Source: an uncultured Desulfarculus sp.
GTDB taxonomy: Bacteria; Desulfobacterota; Desulfarculia; Desulfarculales; Desulfarculaceae
Assembly: GCA_963665125.2 (NCBI GenBank)
Contig: CAXXUK010000001.1
Coordinates: 1,120,001 to 1,184,000, forward strand
Reading direction: 5' to 3'
Length of the DNA: 64,000 nt
Under the pieces are notes generated by a model. That model did not search any database. It was not told where the DNA came from and saw nothing but the letters and a program-made list of their open reading frames with translations. The translations under genes and the position numbers were made by a program. This document shows positions 47,403 to 56,171 of this stretch, in pieces; the stretch's first letter is position 1; every line of letters begins with the position of its first letter.

Positions 47403-49301
47403 TCAACCCTCCTTCACCGGCACGATTGCTTTTTCGGGGCAGATCTGGGCGCACAGGGCGCAGCCGATGCACATGCTGGTGTTGATCTGCGCCTGTTGGC
47501 CGTCAAGATAGAACGCCGGACAGGCGATCTTGTCGATGCAGGTGCGATGATTTTTACATTTGGCCGGGTCCACCTGGAACGACTTGCGGCTCACGGGTTT
47601 GACCCTGCGGCCGTACAGCGGACAGATCTCCCGGCTGATGACCACGCTGACGCCGTCATATTCCACGGCCTCCCGGATGGCCTTGATGGCCGCGCCGGTC
47701 TTCAGCGGCTTGATGACCGTGACGTGCTTGACGCCCAAGCCGCGAATAAGCGGCTCCAGGGGCAAGTGCTCCTTGTCGTCGTGCAGGCCGTGCTCCACGC
47801 CGGGGTGAGGCTGGTGGCCGGTCATGGCCGTGGTGCCGTTGTCCAGGATGATCAGGGTGAAGTTGTGCTGGTTGTGCACGGCGCTGACCAGGCCGGTGAT
47901 GCCGGAATGGAAAAACGTGCTGTCGCCGATGAATGCAACGACCTTTTGATCAGTAGCCGAGCTGATGCCGGCTGAAGCGCTTACCGACGATCCCATGCAG
48001 ATCAAAAAGTCGGCCATGGAGATGGGCGGCAGCATGCCCAGGGTGTAGCAACCGATGTCCGAAGGGAAGATCGTCTCAGAGCCCACCACTTCCTTGACCG
48101 CGTAGAACGTGGCCCTGTGGGGGCAACCCGAGCAGAGGTTCGGCGGCCTGCCCGGCAGGCCCGGCCTCTGGGCCAGCTCGATCATGGCCGGCGAAGTGTC
48201 TTCCAGGCCGAATGTTTCGGCAATGGTCTTGCGGACCAAACGCGGAGTGTATTCAAAGGCCTTGGTAAAGACCTTTGGCGGAGCCAAGTCCACCGAAACA
48301 TCGGGGATGGCACCCGGCACCTTGCCGCTGATCTCCACGCTGATGCCCCGTTCCTGAGCGATGGCTCTGGCGGCCTGCTCGACGATGGGCTCCAGTTCCT
48401 CGACCACCAGGACCTTGTCGCAGGCCTCCAGCAGGGCGGCGATCTTGTTCTCGGGCAGAGGGAAGCTCATGCCCAGGTTCAAGACCATGACTTTGTCGTC
48501 CGCGTTCAGGTCGTCCAGGGCATCGGCGACATAATTGACGCATACGCCCGAGGTGATTACGCCAAGTTTGCCCGAGCCCACCGTCACGTTGAATTCGCAC
48601 TGCTCGGATATTTCCTTGGCCTGCTCGATGATTCGCAGTAAACGCAGATGCAGGTTGCGGCTCACGGCGGGAACCGTGGCGAAGCGGGTCGGCTCCTTGA
48701 TGAACCTGCCCTTGGTAATGGTTTCGGGCAGGTCATCGAACTCAACCTGGCTGCGGGCGTGGTTGACCCTGGTGGTCGTGCGCAATATCACCGGCGACTC
48801 CAGCTTTTCGCTGAGTTCATAGGCGTATTTGACCATGGCCTTGGCCTGGGCCGGATCGGCGGGCTCCAGCATGGGCAGGCCGCTCATGCGGGCGTAGTAG
48901 CGGTTGTCCTGCTCGTTTTGGCTGGAAAACAGCGACGGATCGTCGGCGCAGAGAATGACCATGCCAGCGCGCACGCCGGTGTAGGCCAGGGTCAACATCG
49001 GGTCGGCGGCCACGTTCATGCCCACGTGCTTCATGGTGCACAGGGTGCGCAGACCGGTGACAGCCGCTCCGGCGGCCGTCTCCAGGGCCACCTTTTCGTT
49101 TACGGAGTACTCGAACTTGTATTTGACCTCATCGGGATGGGCCCGCATAAGCCTGTGCAAGTTGTCGGGCACCTCCGACGAAGGTGTGCCGGGATAACAA
49201 GTGGCGAAAGCCATACCGGCTTCCAGGGCGCCGCGCACGATGGCCTCGTTGCCCAACAACAGGCTTTTTTGTCCGCCTTTTGGCGAAAGAAGTTGGTCCA
49301 T
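47403..49301 (-). CDS. iorA: indolepyruvate:ferredoxin oxidoreductase alpha subunit
   Basis: LGNEAIVRG, YPGTPSSE, MKHVG, SSQNEQD, CSGCPHR, DIGCY, GDSTFFHSG, TAMTGHQ, C-terminal ferredoxin. Confidence 0.93.
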   Translation of the reverse strand: MDQLLSPKGGQKSLLLGNEAIVRGALEAGMAFATCYPGTPSSEVPDNLHRLMRAHPDEVKYKFEYSVNEKVALETAAGAAVTGLRTLCTMKHVGMNVAADPMLTLAYTGVRAGMVILCADDPSLFSSQNEQDNRYYARMSGLPMLEPADPAQAKAMVKYAYELSEKLESPVILRTTTRVNHARSQVEFDDLPETITKGRFIKEPTRFATVPAVSRNLHLRLLRIIEQAKEISEQCEFNVTVGSGKLGVITSGVCVNYVADALDDLNADDKVMVLNLGMSFPLPENKIAALLEACDKVLVVEELEPIVEQAARAIAQERGISVEISGKVPGAIPDVSVDLAPPKVFTKAFEYTPRLVRKTIAETFGLEDTSPAMIELAQRPGLPGRPPNLCSGCPHRATFYAVKEVVGSETIFPSDIGCYTLGMLPPISMADFLICMGSSVSASAGISSATDQKVVAFIGDSTFFHSGITGLVSAVHNQHNFTLIILDNGTTAMTGHQPHPGVEHGLHDDKEHLPLEPLIRGLGVKHVTVIKPLKTGAAIKAIREAVEYDGVSVVISREICPLYGRRVKPVSRKSFQVDPAKCKNHRTCIDKIACPAFYLDGQQAQINTSMCIGCALCAQICPEKAIVPVKEG

Positions 49302-49545
49302 AAGCCGTTCTCCGGCACAGGGCTTCAAGTTTTTTCCCGCCAGGCGGGCGCAAGCTCACAAAGGCTACCCTGTTGCCCTGCGCAATCAGGTAAGATGATA
49401 TAAAGAGAGTGGTTTCTGAAACTAGTCTGCGCAGTAAGCTCTGTCAAGGGCAAATAGATATCATGCTTGGTACAACAGATGTAAAGTGTTAATAAAATCC
49501 AGCACCGTCTTTTTTTGCGGTAACGTTTGCACAGCGGAGGATTTA

Positions 49546-50121
49546 GTGGACGCCCCCAACGCCGATCTTATGCTTAACGACGGAAGCCTGGTGGATTGCA
49601 TCTGGCTGACTCCGGAAAATAAAGAGCCCCTCCTCGATCTTTCCCGTCAGCTAAAGCCAGACATGGTGGGCAGGCACCGCCAGGATTTAACCAACCCCAA
49701 AGCCGTTGAGCAGTGGCTGGGGGCCCTTGGCAAGGGAGGTTTGTCGGTGCTTGTGGCCCAGGACCCCGGCAAGGGTAACCGGGCCGCTGGTTACGTGTAT
49801 TTGCAAAAAGGCATGCTGTGGTCGTCACACATGGGCACTGTGGAGGCCTATGTACATCCGGATTACCGCAATCTGGGCCTGGGAAGCGCCCTGTTGCGGG
49901 AAATCGTCAGACACGCAGAGGGCCTGGGTTTGATGTTCGCCAAAGCCGAGTTGCCGGCCGAGCGCCGCGACCTTGTCACGGCGTACAAAAGGCTTGGTTT
50001 TCACCTAAAAGCAATACTGGAGGATTACCGTGTGGACAGAACGGGCAAGCCCTACGACGTACTGATAATGACTAAGCGCGTTATGGTGGACAGCACGCAG
50101 GAGTTTCTCTACAGCTACTGA
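49546..50121 (+). CDS. GNAT-family N-acetyltransferase
   Basis: YVHPDYRNLGLGSALL, YKRLGF; GTG start after GGAGG. Confidence 0.85.
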   Translation: MDAPNADLMLNDGSLVDCIWLTPENKEPLLDLSRQLKPDMVGRHRQDLTNPKAVEQWLGALGKGGLSVLVAQDPGKGNRAAGYVYLQKGMLWSSHMGTVEAYVHPDYRNLGLGSALLREIVRHAEGLGLMFAKAELPAERRDLVTAYKRLGFHLKAILEDYRVDRTGKPYDVLIMTKRVMVDSTQEFLYSY

Positions 50122-50139
50122 TAAGTTACCGCTCCGCTA

Positions 50140-50230
50140 GTGTAAAAAAAATCACAATCGGGGCAGGCTTCAAGTTGACAACAAACTACCTGTGGTTTAT
50201 TGTGCTTCCGGTTTGTTAACCTCTTCACTA
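50140..50230 (+). promoter_or_regulatory. sigma70 promoter flanked by two Rex-like operators
   Basis: TTGACA(50175)-N17-TATTGT(50198); GTGTAAA-N4-ATCACAA at 50140-50157 and TTGTTAA-N4-TTCACTA at 50213-50230. Confidence 0.6.
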
Positions 50231-50247
50231 TCCGGTCAGGCAGGGAT

Positions 50248-50640
50248 ATGGCGAAGATTCTAATAATCGACGATGACGCAGATTTCACCTTGGCCACCAA
50301 GGCTATTTTGGAATCAGCCGGCCACCAGGTTAGCGCAGCCCCCTCGGGCAAGGACGGCCTGGACAAGATCAAGGACGAAGACCCCGACTTGATCATCCTC
50401 GACATCATGATGGACTCGATATATGAGGGGTTCTCGGTGACGACCACGTTGCGCGGCACTCCCGAATACATCGATTTTCGGGATACGCCGGTGCTGATGT
50501 GCTCGGCGGTAAAGAAGATTACCGGCGAACGGTTCAATGTTCCCAAGGACGCACAGCTTGCTCAAGGTGACGACTATCTTGACAAGCCCTTCAGCGCCGA
50601 AGTGCTGCTGAACAGGGTTAACAAGCTGCTAGGCAAATAG
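50248..50640 (+). CDS. single-domain response regulator
   Basis: ILIIDDD, LIILDIMM, DKPF. Confidence 0.9.
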   Translation: MAKILIIDDDADFTLATKAILESAGHQVSAAPSGKDGLDKIKDEDPDLIILDIMMDSIYEGFSVTTTLRGTPEYIDFRDTPVLMCSAVKKITGERFNVPKDAQLAQGDDYLDKPFSAEVLLNRVNKLLGK

Positions 50641-50652
50641 GCCGATGACACA

Positions 50653-51768
50653 ATGGTTCTGCGCGCACAGCCGCATATCCTGGTCATCGACGATGACGAG
50701 GTAGCCCGAGAATCAGCCCAAATTCTGCTGAACCGCTGGGGCAACCGCGTCAGTTTGGCTGAAGGAGGCGAGACCGGTCTGCACTTGATGCGCCAGGACC
50801 CTCCGGACCTGTGTCTGGTCGACTTGCAGATGCCCGGTTTGTCGGGCCTGGAAGTGCTGGGGAAAATAAAAGACTTCGATTCGACCATTGTCTGCATCAT
50901 GGTAACCGGTTACGCCACTTTGCAGTCTGCGGTTGATGCCCTCAAGGAAGGGGCCTACGATTTCCTGGCCAAGCCTTTTTCGCCCAGCGAGTTGAAAAGG
51001 GCCATAGACCGGGGCCTGGAACGGCGTTTTCTGGAAATGGAAACCGCCGCTCTGCGCGAAGAAAAGGACCGGATGGAGGCCAACTTCATCACCATGGTTT
51101 CCCACCAATTGCGTTCGCCCCTGGCCGCCGTCCGTCAATTGCTGGAAGTGGCCGCCAGCGAGGCCCTTGGTCCCATGGAAGGCCCTTACCGTGATATTAT
51201 GAGCCGTGCGACCTCGCGGCTGGACGATCTCCTGCAAAGCCTGAACAGCTGGCTGAGTATGAGTCAGATTCAGGACAAGGGCATCGTAGAGCGCAAGAGC
51301 GAGATCAAAATCGGTGAGCTTTTAAGCCGGCTGGCTCGCAGGATTTCCGTCGACGCGGAAGCTGCGGGTCAAACCATTAAGCTGTCCGGCCAAGACGACG
51401 ACTCGGTCGCCGTTGATGTGGACAGTGAAAGTTTGATGGAGGCGTTGTATAACATCGCTTCGAATGCTGTTAAATATAACAAGCCCGGAGGAGAGGTGGC
51501 GCTGTCCTGGCGGGCTGACGATTTTCTGGTGCACATAGACGTCACCGATCAAGGCCCTGGCATTCCCGAAGCGGAATGGCCGTTTTTGTTTGATGATTTT
51601 TTCCGCTCACAGCGGCCTGAATTAAAAAACAAACCAGGAACCGGTCTGGGACTTTCGATCTCCAGAAAGATCGTCATGGCCCATGACGGCGAGATAAAGG
51701 TATTATCGACAATGGGAGAAGGCTCGACATTTACCGTTATCCTGCCGCGCGCCGACGCAATGAAATAG
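50653..51768 (+). CDS. hybrid receiver-histidine kinase
   Basis: N-terminal REC (VDLQMPG), SHQLRSPL H-box, NAVKY, DQGPG, GTGLGL. Confidence 0.9.
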   Translation: MVLRAQPHILVIDDDEVARESAQILLNRWGNRVSLAEGGETGLHLMRQDPPDLCLVDLQMPGLSGLEVLGKIKDFDSTIVCIMVTGYATLQSAVDALKEGAYDFLAKPFSPSELKRAIDRGLERRFLEMETAALREEKDRMEANFITMVSHQLRSPLAAVRQLLEVAASEALGPMEGPYRDIMSRATSRLDDLLQSLNSWLSMSQIQDKGIVERKSEIKIGELLSRLARRISVDAEAAGQTIKLSGQDDDSVAVDVDSESLMEALYNIASNAVKYNKPGGEVALSWRADDFLVHIDVTDQGPGIPEAEWPFLFDDFFRSQRPELKNKPGTGLGLSISRKIVMAHDGEIKVLSTMGEGSTFTVILPRADAMK

Positions 51769-51930
51769 AGACTCGCATTATTTAAGGATACTGGCGGCCG
51801 TAGGCGGCCGTAGGAATTATACATACCCGAACCGTTAATGGCGGCGGATCAAGGCAAAACAACCGGCCAGGGGGCCGGGTTAGTTATTGCCGGTTTTATA
51901 TTTATCCGCCGCCGCATGGAGTGATCCCGC

Positions 51931-53295
51931 ATGAGTGTCGCACAGTGGTTCAAAGGCGTTCGCCTGAGTAAACCGCAGGCACCCGCGGCTCCGCCCTCAG
52001 AGTTTCCCGCTCCCGAGCGGGTGTATCTGCCTCTGAGGCAACACCGCGGTGAGATCTGCAAGCCACTGGTTCAACCCGGCGATCTGGTTAAAGTCGGCCA
52101 GATCATCGGCGAGGCCGACGGCTTGGAAGCGGCATTGGTTCACGCCTCGGTCAGCGGTAAAGTCGAACAGATTATCGACGTCAGCGACCCCGAAGGCCGC
52201 GTTGTCCCCACTGTCGTTATCAGCAACGACGGCAAGGACGACTGGGCCGATCTGGCCGATGAAGTCACCCTGGTCGACACCGCCGACAAGGTGTTTGAAA
52301 CCAAGCCCAGCCGGTTGCTCAACGCCGTACGCGGCGCAGGTCTGGTCAGGGCCGCTGCCCATGGCCTTCCCCTGCATCTGGAACTTTCCCCACCCATGGC
52401 TCCGCGCAGCTACCTGTTCATGACAGGCATACCGGTCGTGCGGGCCATAGACACCTTGATCATCAAGGCCGTCGACGCTGATCCGCCGGTGATACCGAAC
52501 CAGGCCTGCCTGGCCGGTTTCGGCCCCGAGTTGGAGATAGGCATCGCCGCCTTGGCTCGGGTGGCCGGCGCCAAACGCGTGATCATCGCCGCCGCCGCCG
52601 GAGCCGATCTGGGCGACCTGGCCAAAACGGCCCAGGCCCGTGAGTGGGAAATCACCAGCGTCAACGGAGCGCACTATCCCTATGCCATGGACGACATCAT
52701 GGTCTTCAACCTCACCGGCCGGGAAGTGCCCACGCCGTATGGTGAGCCCAGGGATGTCGGTGTTCTGGTGGAACCCCTGGCCACGGCCATGGCCTTTGGC
52801 AAGGCCCTGATGGACGGCCGCCCCTCCGTGGAACGTGTCTTCAGCGTGGCCGGCGACGTTGCCAAACCTGGCGTCTTCAAGGTCAGGCTCGGCACGCCCG
52901 TTTCGGCCATCCTGGCCGCCTGCGGACCTGCCGGCGAACCCGGCAAGGTCATCTTCGGCGGCCCCATGATGGGTCTGGCCCACTTTGACGTGAACACGCC
53001 GATCACCAAGGAGACCGACGGCCTCTATGTGATCAGCAAGAAAAACGTGCAGAATTTCTCCGGCGAAGCGTGCATCCACTGCGGACGCTGCGTGCAGGCC
53101 TGCCCGGTCAACCTGATTCCCTGCGAACTGGGCAAAATGTGCGAATTCGGCCAATACGCCGAAGCCGAGGAGAGAGACCTGCTCCATTGTATTGAATGCG
53201 GCTGCTGCGCATATGTATGCCCCGCCAAACGGCCCATGGTTCATCTGATCCGCCTGGGCAAGAGCGAGGTTATGGCAGGGAAGGAGCAGTCATGA
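51931..53295 (+). CDS. rnfC: Rnf complex subunit C (degenerate FMN/NAD site)
   Basis: VKVGQIIG, HASVSG, GGPMMG, CIHCGRCVQACP, CIECGCCAYVCP. Confidence 0.88.
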   Translation: MSVAQWFKGVRLSKPQAPAAPPSEFPAPERVYLPLRQHRGEICKPLVQPGDLVKVGQIIGEADGLEAALVHASVSGKVEQIIDVSDPEGRVVPTVVISNDGKDDWADLADEVTLVDTADKVFETKPSRLLNAVRGAGLVRAAAHGLPLHLELSPPMAPRSYLFMTGIPVVRAIDTLIIKAVDADPPVIPNQACLAGFGPELEIGIAALARVAGAKRVIIAAAAGADLGDLAKTAQAREWEITSVNGAHYPYAMDDIMVFNLTGREVPTPYGEPRDVGVLVEPLATAMAFGKALMDGRPSVERVFSVAGDVAKPGVFKVRLGTPVSAILAACGPAGEPGKVIFGGPMMGLAHFDVNTPITKETDGLYVISKKNVQNFSGEACIHCGRCVQACPVNLIPCELGKMCEFGQYAEAEERDLLHCIECGCCAYVCPAKRPMVHLIRLGKSEVMAGKEQS

Positions 53296-54323
53296 GTAAA
53301 CAGCTTCTAACCGTATCGACCTCTCCGCATATCATGGGCAAAATGACCGTGCGCTCCATGCACATCGAGTTCATGATTGCCCTGTTGCCGGCCATCGTAA
53401 CCGGCGTTTATTATTTTGGCGCCCCGGCCATCACTACCATTCTGCTGGCGGTCGCATCGGCCGTGGTCACCGAAGTGGTCCTGGCCAAGCTGACCAAGCA
53501 GCCGGTCAAGGTCGGGGATCTCCATGCGGTTCTCATGGGCCTTTTGTTGGGCCTGCTCCTGCCACCTGTGGCTTTTGGCGTTGAAGACGCCTGCCCCTGG
53601 TGGATTCCGGTTGTCGGTTCGGCCCTGGCCATCGGCCTTGGCAAGACCGTTTTCGGCGGACTGGGCAATTACCCCATGAACCCGGTCATCATAGCCTGGG
53701 CCGCTCTGGCTCTTTCCTGGCCCGAGCACACCATGGCCATCCTGGATCCGATGCCATTCGGCACCGAAGATCCCGAATGGGTCGTCAGCACTACTCCGCT
53801 CATGGAGCTCAAGAACGACATCGGCGCCCTGATGAGCTATGAAATGGCCAACCTGTGGAAAGGCATGTATCCCAGCGCCGTTGGCGTGGGCGGCACATGG
53901 GCCCTGTTGGCGGGCGGCATCTATCTGGTGATCCGCCGCATCGTGGCTTGGCAGATTCCCGTTGGCGTGATCATCGGCGCCATCGCCCTGGCTCTTTTGG
54001 CAACCTACACCGATACGCGCATTGTCGAGGATCTGGGGTTGGAGGAGTTCGCCGACCGCTGGGCGGTTGCTGAATTCATGTTGGCAACCGGCGGCTTGAT
54101 GATCGCGGCGTTCTTCCTGGCGCCCGAACCGGTATCCAGCCCGGTAACGCCCTGGGGCATGCTGCTCTACGGCATCGGCATCGGCGCCATGGCCGTAATC
54201 GTCCGTTTCTGGGGCGCGCCCGTTGACGGCGTGTTCTACGGCGTGCTGATTATGAACGCGGCCACTCCGCTGTTCGATCGCATCAGGCCCGCGGTCCTGG
54301 GGAAGGTGGTGCACAGTGCGTGA
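53292..54323 (+). CDS. rnfD: Rnf complex subunit D
   Basis: SPHI, KTVFGGLG, STTPL, PVSSP, NAATPL. Confidence 0.9.
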   Translation: MSKQLLTVSTSPHIMGKMTVRSMHIEFMIALLPAIVTGVYYFGAPAITTILLAVASAVVTEVVLAKLTKQPVKVGDLHAVLMGLLLGLLLPPVAFGVEDACPWWIPVVGSALAIGLGKTVFGGLGNYPMNPVIIAWAALALSWPEHTMAILDPMPFGTEDPEWVVSTTPLMELKNDIGALMSYEMANLWKGMYPSAVGVGGTWALLAGGIYLVIRRIVAWQIPVGVIIGAIALALLATYTDTRIVEDLGLEEFADRWAVAEFMLATGGLMIAAFFLAPEPVSSPVTPWGMLLYGIGIGAMAVIVRFWGAPVDGVFYGVLIMNAATPLFDRIRPAVLGKVVHSA

Positions 54324-54891
54324 AATACTTAAACTGGCCGTCGTCCTTACCGTGATCTGCGCTGCCAGCGGCTTCCTGCTGGCCCTGGTGCATGGTTTCA
54401 CCAAGGCGCCCATTGAGTACGCAGTACTCAAAAACGTCAAGGAACCCGCCATTAAGGCCGTTCTGACGGGATTTGACAACGACCCGGTCAAGGACCTGGT
54501 CAAGATCCCCATGGGCAAGGACAAAAAAGGCAAGGCGATCGACCTGAAGGTCTTCCCGGCCAAGAAAGCCGGCAAGACATTCGCGGTGGCCTTCGAGACC
54601 TCAGCCAACGGTTATCACGGCCCCATCGGCGTGATGATAGGCATTGATGCCGACAAGAAAGACATCAGCGGCATTTCAATCGTCAGCCACAGTGAGACTC
54701 CCGGCCTGGGCGCGCGCATTGTTCAGGCAAACTTCACCGATTCGTTCAAGGGCAAGTCTCTGGAAAAAGAGCTGACCAAAGAGGACATCGACGCCCTCAG
54801 CGGCGCGACACTGTCAACCAATGGCGTTGTCGCCGCCGTCAACCAGGCGCGGGAGCTTTTTGATAAGTACCGCGACCAGATGTTGCAGTAG
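54316..54891 (+). CDS. rnfG: Rnf complex subunit G
   Basis: ETPGLG, DALSGAT flavinylation motif. Confidence 0.92.
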   Translation: MREILKLAVVLTVICAASGFLLALVHGFTKAPIEYAVLKNVKEPAIKAVLTGFDNDPVKDLVKIPMGKDKKGKAIDLKVFPAKKAGKTFAVAFETSANGYHGPIGVMIGIDADKKDISGISIVSHSETPGLGARIVQANFTDSFKGKSLEKELTKEDIDALSGATLSTNGVVAAVNQARELFDKYRDQMLQ

Positions 54892-54906
54892 GGAGGGATT
54901 AATACA

Positions 54907-55545
54907 ATGGCTCTAATGAAGGATTTTACCAAGGGCTTTTGGGACCTGCTGCCGCCTTTCCGGTTGGTTCTCGGCCTCTGCCCCACCCTGGCCGTCACCA
55001 CGTCGGCTGAAAACGGGTACGGCATGGGTCTGGCCACCACCTTCGTGTTGGTCGGTTCCAACCTGCTCATATCTTTGCTGCGCAAGGTGATTCCCAGCAA
55101 AGTCCGTATCGCGGCGTTCATCGTTATCATCGCCAGCTTCGTCGTCGTGGTCGAGCTGTTGATGCAGGCCTATGTTTTCGGCCTTTACCAGTCGTTGGGC
55201 ATATTCATCCCCTTGATCGTGGTCAACTGCATCATCCTGGGACGCGCCGAGGCCTTTGCCGCCAAGAACGGCCCCCTGCCCAGCATCATGGACGGCTTGG
55301 GCATCGGCCTGGGTTTCACCCTCAGCCTGTTCACCCTGGGCGCCATCCGCGAGATACTGGGCGCGGGCACGCTGACCCTGGTGGCCAAGGCAGGTCTGGC
55401 CTTCAACATCATGGGTGAAGGCTACGAGCCCTTCACATTCATGGTGCGCGCCCCCGGCGCCTTTGTCTGCCTGGGTTGCCTGTTGGCCGTGATCAACTAC
55501 GTCAGCGTCAAATTGGACGAGCGTAAGAGGAGGGCCCAGTCATGA
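54907..55545 (+). CDS. rnfE: Rnf complex subunit E
   Basis: LGLCPTLAVT, IPLIVVNCIILGRAEAFA. Confidence 0.93.
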   Translation: MALMKDFTKGFWDLLPPFRLVLGLCPTLAVTTSAENGYGMGLATTFVLVGSNLLISLLRKVIPSKVRIAAFIVIIASFVVVVELLMQAYVFGLYQSLGIFIPLIVVNCIILGRAEAFAAKNGPLPSIMDGLGIGLGFTLSLFTLGAIREILGAGTLTLVAKAGLAFNIMGEGYEPFTFMVRAPGAFVCLGCLLAVINYVSVKLDERKRRAQS

Positions 55546-56129
55546 GTTTCGGCGACTATCTGCTGTTTATCGTCGGCGCCATCCTGGTCAACAACATCCT
55601 GTTGGCCAAGTTCCTGGGCAACTGTCCCTTCCTGGGCGTCAGCCGCCGCATGGACACCGCCACCGGCATGTCCATGGCCGTCATCTTCGTTATGACCATG
55701 GCCGGCATGACCACCTGGGTGGTGCAGTACTTCCTGCTGGTGCCCCTGGAGATCGAGTATCTACAGACAATCGCATTCATTCTGGTAATCGCCGCCCTGG
55801 TTCAGTTGGTCGAGATCGTCATGCAGAAAACCATGCCCGCTCTTTACCGGGCCCTTGGCATCTTCCTGCCGCTGATCACCACCAACTGCGCCGTCTTGGG
55901 TGTGGCCATCATCAACATCAGCTCTGAATACGATTTCTTTGACACGCTGATCTTCTCGTTCGCCTCGGCCCTGGGTTACAGCCTGGCGCTGGTGCTGTTC
56001 GCGGGCATTCGCGAACGGTACGTGCTGGCCCGTATCCCCAAGGTGTTCGAGGGCACGGCCATCGGTCTGGTCACAGCCGGTTTCCTGGCTCTGGCTTTTT
56101 CCGGTTTCGCCGGGCTTGTTGGTCACTAG
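55542..56129 (+). CDS. rnfA: Rnf complex subunit A
   Basis: FLGNCPFLGVS, LPLITTNCAVLG. Confidence 0.93.
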   Translation: MSFGDYLLFIVGAILVNNILLAKFLGNCPFLGVSRRMDTATGMSMAVIFVMTMAGMTTWVVQYFLLVPLEIEYLQTIAFILVIAALVQLVEIVMQKTMPALYRALGIFLPLITTNCAVLGVAIINISSEYDFFDTLIFSFASALGYSLALVLFAGIRERYVLARIPKVFEGTAIGLVTAGFLALAFSGFAGLVGH

Positions 56130-56171
56130 CGCAACTGGGGCTGCCCAAGGCAGCCCATGGAGAGATATATA

